The notes beneath the pieces are model-generated. The model was given only the letters and a program-made list of their open reading frames with translations, made no database searches and was not told where the DNA came from. A DNA stretch of 20,000 nucleotides from an uncultured virus (IMG/VR IMGVR_UViG_3300031758_009617) (taxonomy: Duplodnaviria > Heunggongvirae > Uroviricota > Caudoviricetes): the IMG/VR virus record IMGVR_UViG_3300031758_009617. One strand, 5' to 3'. Position 1 is the first letter of the stretch, and each line of letters opens with the position of its first letter. Of the stretch, positions 14,101-20,000 are shown piece after piece. A program made the translations under genes and the position numbers.

Positions 14101-16875
14101 ATTTTCAGCAATTGACAATGCTGTGTAGTATTCAAGTCTATTCACACGTTGTTCAAGTTCACCAATGTCACGCATTGTGTAACGACGATTATCTACTAAA
14201 CGAACAATTGATGCATAATCTTCGCGGTCGTAGACGCGAGAAGCAAATGTTGATAATGATGGATATGGTGCCAATTCTATGACTGCCAATGTCATGGCGT
14301 TAATGGCATCGGCAGGTGTTTGTGGGTTAAGTGCAGACACACCAGTAATCACCTTAAATTCACCATCGCGGGTTAATACAACTTTATCCTTTCTGGGTAA
14401 ATTAATGGTGAATGATGCCGTCAATGTGCTATCGGGATCAGGTATCGTTATACCATTTGTTGTATCTAACGTTGTGATAGGCACATTATGTGATGCATTC
14501 ATATTGTTGTTTTTGGCGTCAACATATGTTTGACCTGAATATCCCGAACGTAATTCAACGGTTGGTCGGAAATCAATTACATCACGAATATCATATGTGA
14601 TGCCTGTTGATTCTGATGTATACACGGGTAATTCATATGTGAAGATTTGCTTGTTGTAATCAAGTGTTGTTGGATCAAAATCAATCAAGGCACTTTGATA
14701 TGAATTTCTATTTAGGTAACCTAATGTTGATGAGCGTGTGAAGTTTTTTAACTTCAACACAATTTTCTTTTCAGTTAAATCTTCAGCACCTGTATATTGA
14801 ACATATGATGTATTGTATACGTTGTCATTTGAGTTTTCATATAGAGTAAATTCTGAAGTGACATTACTCCATGCACTCAAACCACTTTCAGTTGATGGGT
14901 ATGCTTCAGTATCGTCGGCAATGTGTACTGATACAAGTTGTAATGCGTGTGATACGCCTAGGTAAATTCTACCTGCTGCTAAATTAGTGGCACTAGTAGA
15001 AGTTAATGTTGAGCCATCCACTGCCAAAAATGTGGTGTCAAGTGTCAAATCAATAGGCGCACCATTACCTTGACGAACTCGTGCATATACTTTTCTGTTT
15101 GCGCCTGCATCACCCACGGCAACTGCCAATGTACCTGACGTTGTATTGGTTGGTGTGTATCCTGTGATTTCTGCTAAGTTGTATGATGCACCTACAGGTT
15201 CAACAACAATGAAATCATCCTTAAAGGAAGAACTAGTGCCTGCCAAGGTTTGTCCCACACCACTTACGGCAATACTACCATTACCTGAACCGTTGAATGT
15301 ATATTCACCCAAATATTTCCAGAAGAAGTAGTCAGTATCGTTTTCATACTGCACAACAGCTTGGGATCCTGTGGGGAATAGTAGTGAATTATATGTGCCT
15401 TCGTGTAATTTAAATCCAGTTTGTGTAACTGAACCTAAATCATCTCCAGGTGTAATGGCCACCGTGGCACTAGAATTTGTTGTTGTGATGTTACGAATTG
15501 TTGTTAAATCATCAACCGTCTTGCCCGCTTCTAGTGTGATGCCATACAAATATAACTTGTAGAATTTTGAACTTCCTGTTCCTGTAACATCACGATAGAA
15601 ACGTAATAGACGGAATTTTGCCGTGGCAATTAAAACACTACTACCGTCACGGAGATTGAGTGTGGCATTGTTTTCAGCCAATGACCAACTACCGGTCACC
15701 GACTTTACATAAACATAATTACCAAACAATGTAGGAATTTGTTGTTCATCAACTAGTAATGTATCAGTTGCCTTATCAACTGCAAGATAATCAGTGGACT
15801 TTAATTCTGTATCAAATCCTTCTACATAGGCTTTACCGGGTTCAACACCATACACCAACTTGGAAGCATCGCCAATAGTTTCTACTGTGTACTTACCATT
15901 ATTTGTTGATGTTTTTAAATGTTCACGAACATTGACGTTTAATCCTGTGACAACATAGTTACCTGATTCATCATATGTTCGTTGTGCCAATACTCGTTGT
16001 AATTCTGAATATTGTGGCTTGTTAAATGCGCGCTTCACCTTTCCTTCTTCAACTAAGAATAGAAGATGGAATCCTTGGTCAGGTGTTGTTGTTATTTCGT
16101 AAGATTCAAGTTGTGTGGTAAGTTTATATCGGTCGCCGCCAGGTGCTGCATAATTGTAAGACCCTGCAGCAGGATCAAGTAAACTTACATCATCATTTGA
16201 TGTTACCGTACTGGTAATAATTCTGAATCCAATATTTTTTGTTGGTGTACTACTATAGAAACTCAGAACTTTAGTCTGTGAGTTATGACGGACAAATGTT
16301 CCATCAACATAGACAATGCCATCATCAATGGTGTAGAGTGAACCTACACCTGTGGCTGAACTACTTGAAACAGAAAATCTAAATGATTGTGTTATACCAG
16401 TTGAATCAACCACAGTGAGTGCTTCATCTTCAGCAAACACAGTGATGAGTTCTTGTGCTGTTTCATCGTAGAATGATGATTGGTAATTCAAATACAGAAC
16501 TCGTTGTCCTGTTGAATCTTCATCAACGCGCACAATTTTGGCAGATACACCCAGTTCGTTACTAACAACGGCATTCACAAGCGTTGTTTTGTATAACTCA
16601 TATGCAGAACTACCAATTGTGATACCTGCCGAATCGGTGTTTTTTACTTTTACAAATGGTACATTGAACTGAAATGTTTCAGCACAACCAACTACAACAG
16701 AACCATCTTTGAATACATGGTCACCAAAACGTTGTATTTGGTTTTGTAAAATGGTTTGAAGTTGAGTAAGTTCACGGGCTTGAACCGCATAACCGGGCTT
16801 GAAAAGAACTCGGTGAAAATTCTTTTCAACATCAAAATCATCATAGTAGGGTGAAGTTCCTAAATTGATAGCCAT
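11167..16875 (-). CDS. Large virion structural protein, DUF4815/VrlC-like
   Basis: PYYDDFD..KNFHRVLFKPGYAVQARELTQLQTILQNQI, APGGDRYK, LAQRTYDESGNY, PGKAYV.G, NRRYTMRDIG.LE.R...LEYY, DPMAQTF and a C-terminal F.KFAVKI...P.IKNLRAVA. Confidence 0.85.
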   Translation of the reverse strand: MAINLGTSPYYDDFDVEKNFHRVLFKPGYAVQARELTQLQTILQNQIQRFGDHVFKDGSVVVGCAETFQFNVPFVKVKNTDSAGITIGSSAYELYKTTLVNAVVSNELGVSAKIVRVDEDSTGQRVLYLNYQSSFYDETAQELITVFAEDEALTVVDSTGITQSFRFSVSSSSATGVGSLYTIDDGIVYVDGTFVRHNSQTKVLSFYSSTPTKNIGFRIITSTVTSNDDVSLLDPAAGSYNYAAPGGDRYKLTTQLESYEITTTPDQGFHLLFLVEEGKVKRAFNKPQYSELQRVLAQRTYDESGNYVVTGLNVNVREHLKTSTNNGKYTVETIGDASKLVYGVEPGKAYVEGFDTELKSTDYLAVDKATDTLLVDEQQIPTLFGNYVYVKSVTGSWSLAENNATLNLRDGSSVLIATAKFRLLRFYRDVTGTGSSKFYKLYLYGITLEAGKTVDDLTTIRNITTTNSSATVAITPGDDLGSVTQTGFKLHEGTYNSLLFPTGSQAVVQYENDTDYFFWKYLGEYTFNGSGNGSIAVSGVGQTLAGTSSSFKDDFIVVEPVGASYNLAEITGYTPTNTTSGTLAVAVGDAGANRKVYARVRQGNGAPIDLTLDTTFLAVDGSTLTSTSATNLAAGRIYLGVSHALQLVSVHIADDTEAYPSTESGLSAWSNVTSEFTLYENSNDNVYNTSYVQYTGAEDLTEKKIVLKLKNFTRSSTLGYLNRNSYQSALIDFDPTTLDYNKQIFTYELPVYTSESTGITYDIRDVIDFRPTVELRSGYSGQTYVDAKNNNMNASHNVPITTLDTTNGITIPDPDSTLTASFTINLPRKDKVVLTRDGEFKVITGVSALNPQTPADAINAMTLAVIELAPYPSLSTFASRVYDREDYASIVRLVDNRRYTMRDIGELEQRVNRLEYYTALSIAENRAANMLITDDSGNAMVKKGILVDAFDGHDIGNVFDADYYASIDTKNKILRAPFALNNIELHLPSDESEVITTGYSGTFTTITENKFASKGRVCGNLLLGNYMAGDLRLDPPQITWVDTQVRPDVQVNYNGVNDGWEFNTNAFKLHWNSWKTIWQGVETTNLPVLSVTTVAGLVGVRGSEAAPLISDVTKNIITSGKLPENNLRNIGVRVLDVSVVPYIEKQIITFTATGLKPGTAVQAYFDGEDVSAHCRYFTLPTGVTVNTIRNLSEGILSSQYTPSASAYGDPLIVATDGTLVGQFLIPANTFRVGNKVFKLTDASETTSAAAQLQSSGVPNIDDGSISSTRFPAIRQDALSETQNNVVSRLLLSNPSTFNPASFGDPMAQTFIIEGHPDGVFLNKVELFFKRKSSTKKFTIQIREVINGFPGNKIVPFSTKTLNASEISVSGTANTATTFTFESPVYLKNNTEYALMLLPENNTTEYEVWVSELGENLIGTNERITQQPYVGVLFIPNNNTIWTALESEDLKFKMYSRSFETTRTVILESKPIDYVTISQTGTYVLKPGDVVQVFDDTQTVLPGTIQVSENDTIAGSSTDFTDLSVGDQLRVFAPSTTTNFTGTISITGTAVTGSATTFTSDLRVGDILYQDDNITVIGKVASIQSDTALTLEASGSGTTLNYRARALLGTVKDIISDTSLVLENDAVNITGTGLTFYKDDTTATGYVTKVYGTTAEIFITSGSLATNDTFTRGASTFTFDSIDNKQATALSPNLGILSLNPSTQVKLSYTLLDTSSTYYPGLGAYITVNNNDTVELPKEFTIYSHSNTTGNIPTLKIKAELSTNNSLLTPVLDTRKISVLTLANDIAASGSSDAVYVTRTVTLDGDGADDLRVFFDMIRPEQCSVIVEAKMQNVEDDRPFADVDWVTLNEQAPVVYNGNIYQEYSYSVSAPSSFAKFAVKITMNSTDKSKTPLIKNLRAVAVI

Positions 16876-16881
16876 ATGTAC

Positions 16882-19023
16882 CTAGAAGTGTAAAAAGAGT
16901 TTAATAGTTTCAATCTGTTCTGCTGTACGTGTGATGGGAGAGAAATCGTTCACGTAAATGATGGTGCCTGTATTTTTATCAAATTCAGGGTCTTCCACAT
17001 TTGTACAGGTCAAGTTTTCAAATTCTGTTGTGTTGTTCGTGAACGTATTTTCTGTTGTGAGTCCTTCTGTTCCTTCAACATATGCCAGATAGACCTTATA
17101 CGTTTCTGTTGATGCATCAAACAACTTTGTTAATACTTTATATATACCACCTGTTGATGACTCAATTTCATCGTCAATGGAATATTCATTATATTCATCT
17201 TCAGGAACGGTGACGATGAACGAACTTGTTCCTGTATCCTTTTGAAAATACCCAATATCAACATCTTGTGTTGCATTATACAACTTGAGATTCTTTACAA
17301 TTCCGAGTTGACGATAATCATTACCTTGGAATAAATCGGCATTTTCTGTGGTGATTGTTGTACTAATACACAATGTATGAGCAAACAATTCTTGGGCGAT
17401 GTTGAATCCATGCCCTCGTTGAGGACCTACGTTTGCTCGCACAGATGCCACTTCAGTGGGCAATCCATTAATTACAATGCGAGCATAATTGTAATTTTGT
17501 CCGTAATCTAAAATTTGAACATTCTTAATTACACCATTTACAATATCATCATCGGGATCAATATACAATTCTGCACCCGTACCATCACCAATAACTTCAA
17601 CGGTTGCTGTATCATATCCAGCGCCGCCGTCGAGGATATCAACTTTATAAATGGCTCCATGAATTGTTTCAAGTACCACATCTTGATTGATACCACTTGC
17701 TGTTTCAGCACCTAAAACAACTATGCCCTGAAATCCATTACCCGAAAATGCACTATATGTTGAGTTGGCAAGTTCAACTTCTGGGAATGTGACCAATTCC
17801 AATTCAGTGGAAGAGATGATATTAGATACAACACCTATCACATTGTTCGCTGAATCTACAATGGTCCACCCATCTTCCAATTCATTTGTGAAATCTGTAT
17901 CTGTGCCCAACACCAATCGCGTTGTGGAATCAGTGGAGATGGTCCCTGAATAGTTTTCTGAGCCAGAAATTGATGGGCTATAATCAGCAGGTGTAGTTTT
18001 AGCATCATACATGATTGCACGGGCATGTGTATATCCGCGCATTGAGTTTGTGACAGTAACAGAAGTGATACTCCCCGCACCGTCAATTGTCACGTTTGAT
18101 GTTGTGCCTACAGGTGTCAATGAGTGTGACAATCCCACACCCGACGCAATATTAATATATGCGCCATTTTCAGCATCAACTAACGATGCTGCTAAACGAA
18201 TTTCTTTATTGGTATAGAATATAGTATAGTAAACAGTATTGTTTGTTAAATTTGTGATGGAAGTTCCGCCACCTGTATTATATGTTACGGCATCACCTGT
18301 TGCAAAATTATGACCCGGATATTCAATGGTATCGTTTGCGGAATCTACAGCTGTGCCACCATTAAATGTAATGGTTGTGGGTACTAATCCGTCGCCCTTA
18401 ATTACTAGGTATGGTGTATTATATCCTTCACCTGGGCTCTCAATACGAACTTCTTCAATAACACCATTCACATTGAAATTAACACCGTCAGATACATTTC
18501 GCACAGGAATATAATCTGTTGTAAGAAACTTAATTCTATCAATGACAGGAACTTCATACATGAACTTCCAACAATACCCATCACTTAATACCACAGGCTC
18601 AGGAGTTGTTGATGTTGGTTTTATAGTTGAGGCAATGGCAACACCTTGACTGTTTCTTCCGACACGAATACACTTGTAAATATTATATTCGTCAGTCATT
18701 ACATAAAAATCTTCTACAACAAAAACACCGTCGTCATCATATGCCAATTCTTCATAATCACTATATTCAACATATATGGTCCCTGATTCCCAATCCTTAC
18801 GACGAATCATATAAACCACATCATAAGGACCAGGTACGACACGTTTTGCCAACAACATATTTCTATGTACGTCGGAAATGTAGTGTCGGGTATCTACAGG
18901 AGTATCGGCTTCTTCAAATGATTTTCCTGCGAAAACATAGAAAAAGTCATGTCCTGTAATGATGTCACGATAAATTGACCGAGCAATTTCGTGCCTGGTT
19001 TGAGCAGGAATCAGGTTAGCCAT
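16882..19023 (-). CDS. gp8: Baseplate wedge subunit, T4 gp8-like, with inserted domains
   Basis: R.DWESG..Y, FYVMTDEYNIYKCI, PT...DGYCWKFMY, GHG...EL.A, NDYRQLGIVKN and G.IIYVND.SPITR..EQIETIK. Confidence 0.8.
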   Translation of the reverse strand: MANLIPAQTRHEIARSIYRDIITGHDFFYVFAGKSFEEADTPVDTRHYISDVHRNMLLAKRVVPGPYDVVYMIRRKDWESGTIYVEYSDYEELAYDDDGVFVVEDFYVMTDEYNIYKCIRVGRNSQGVAIASTIKPTSTTPEPVVLSDGYCWKFMYEVPVIDRIKFLTTDYIPVRNVSDGVNFNVNGVIEEVRIESPGEGYNTPYLVIKGDGLVPTTITFNGGTAVDSANDTIEYPGHNFATGDAVTYNTGGGTSITNLTNNTVYYTIFYTNKEIRLAASLVDAENGAYINIASGVGLSHSLTPVGTTSNVTIDGAGSITSVTVTNSMRGYTHARAIMYDAKTTPADYSPSISGSENYSGTISTDSTTRLVLGTDTDFTNELEDGWTIVDSANNVIGVVSNIISSTELELVTFPEVELANSTYSAFSGNGFQGIVVLGAETASGINQDVVLETIHGAIYKVDILDGGAGYDTATVEVIGDGTGAELYIDPDDDIVNGVIKNVQILDYGQNYNYARIVINGLPTEVASVRANVGPQRGHGFNIAQELFAHTLCISTTITTENADLFQGNDYRQLGIVKNLKLYNATQDVDIGYFQKDTGTSSFIVTVPEDEYNEYSIDDEIESSTGGIYKVLTKLFDASTETYKVYLAYVEGTEGLTTENTFTNNTTEFENLTCTNVEDPEFDKNTGTIIYVNDFSPITRTAEQIETIKLFLHF

Positions 19024-19040
19024 ATTGTTTACTTACTGAA

Positions 19041-19487
19041 TTATGAGATGGTGATGGTCCAAGTGATTGACATACTATCAGATGATCCCTTGTTAACTAC
19101 TGGGAACACTGTACGGCACAACATGGTGCCTGATGAACTAGCATTGAAGATGCCTGCTTCTGTCAATGCGCCTGTGCCTTCACCTGCAGCAAAAGTTGCA
19201 ACGGCAGTTACAGTTGCACCTGAGGCTGTGTATGAGTCAAGACCTTGACGACCAGCTGTTAAACCGCCTGCGATTAATCCAGTTTGCCCGGCTGATGCTG
19301 CGGTGTTATCTGTACCCACTTCCATGTGTGACATGACGCCTTGTGATGTGCCTGCCATACGGGATGCAATGTGTTGTAAACCTGTTGTTACAACTAAGTT
19401 GTCGTGGGTGTGTTCTTCTTTGATGTTACCATTTTCATCACGAAGAACAATGTTCAACTTACCTGTTGCCTTGATGTTTTCTTGCAT
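19041..19487 (-). CDS. Conserved small virion/baseplate protein (tail-collar-fibre N-domain-like)
   Basis: NLVVTTG...F.AGEGTGALTEAGIFNA...GTMLCRTVF.VVNK...DSM.ITWTITI. RBS AGGAG and a late promoter motif upstream. Confidence 0.75.
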   Translation of the reverse strand: MQENIKATGKLNIVLRDENGNIKEEHTHDNLVVTTGLQHIASRMAGTSQGVMSHMEVGTDNTAASAGQTGLIAGGLTAGRQGLDSYTASGATVTAVATFAAGEGTGALTEAGIFNASSSGTMLCRTVFPVVNKGSSDSMSITWTITIS

Positions 19488-19520
19488 TTCTTTCTCCTAA
19501 AAAGTAAAAGTTGTTATTAG

Positions 19521-19528
19521 TATTTATA
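19521..19528 (-). promoter_or_regulatory. T4-type late promoter TATAAATA
   Basis: Perfect intergenic motif 33 nt upstream of the ATG at 19487. Confidence 0.75.
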
Positions 19529-19533
19529 CTACT

Positions 19534-20000
19534 TTAAGTACAGTTGACCGTTCCTGCATATCCTATATCAACATACCCTGTTGCAATATAATCGTCTAGG
19601 GCGATACAAATCAAATCAGACAATGATGTTGTGTTATTGAAAAACTTTTCGAAATCACGAATTACAATTTCACCTGTTAACACAGTATCAATAATGTTTT
19701 TATCGACATCAAACGTGTTTATAGTTTCTGATGAAGATACACTATCTGAAACATTTTTTCCAACAAGAAGAACATTTGAGTCATTGATATTTACCGTTTC
19801 ATCTGTAGAATATGCTCTGAAAATTTCTATGCTATCAGTTATAGACACTTGTTCAGTCAAATCACTTGTTACATCATCTTCTTGTGAAAAGACAATATTT
19901 TTTATATCACTGACAATAACAGAATCGGCAATATTTTTTTCGATGAAAATAGTATCCACAGTATCAGTTGTCTCAACATCTTCTGTTTTATTAAGTTGTA
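19534..20000 (-). CDS. C-terminal part of an acidic repeat-containing structural protein (5'-truncated; possibly baseplate wedge-associated)
   Basis: The frame stays open upstream of the GTG at 19959 to the window edge (QLNKTEDVETTDT-VDTIF). Degenerate K.I.D.V...D/E repeats; ends in YIATGYVDIGYAG. Confidence 0.7.
   Translation of the reverse strand, partial: QLNKTEDVETTDTVDTIFIEKNIADSVIVSDIKNIVFSQEDDVTSDLTEQVSITDSIEIFRAYSTDETVNINDSNVLLVGKNVSDSVSSSETINTFDVDKNIIDTVLTGEIVIRDFEKFFNNTTSLSDLICIALDDYIATGYVDIGYAGTVNCT

Noticed and set aside
824..19500. Numerous plus-strand ORFs in the track (Val/Pro/Ser-rich, e.g. 2510..3022, 9309..9788, 10524..11054)
   Set aside because: They are antisense shadows of Thr/Gly-rich minus-strand genes, with no recognisable motifs, and they lie almost wholly over better-supported CDSs.

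Overview
All genes in this window lie on the minus strand. It is a late structural region of a large T4-like (myovirus-type) phage, with four perfect TATAAATA late-promoter motifs. In transcription order it encodes: the end of an acidic baseplate-associated protein; a small structural protein; a T4 gp8-like baseplate wedge subunit with inserted domains; a 1902-aa DUF4815/VrlC-like virion protein; a tail fibre with a C-terminal Peptidase_S74 intramolecular chaperone; and a 481-aa mucin-like Thr/Ser/Pro-rich, Cys-rich putative fibre-tip protein. Directly after the mucin-like gene is a translationally coupled, visibly AT-richer five-gene cassette. It encodes an enzyme resembling plant peptidyl O-glycosyltransferases (GT95/GT96-like), an FkbM methyltransferase, a GT32, a GT2 and a thioredoxin-fold/Cys-cluster protein. 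Next come several short fibre proteins built from shared modules. The window ends in a second Cys-rich tip-protein paralogue that is missing from the ORF track (starts at 817, runs off the left edge). The main hypothesis is a phage-encoded O-glycosylation system that decorates a mucin-like virion fibre. All family assignments come from motif recognition by eye; no database searches were run.
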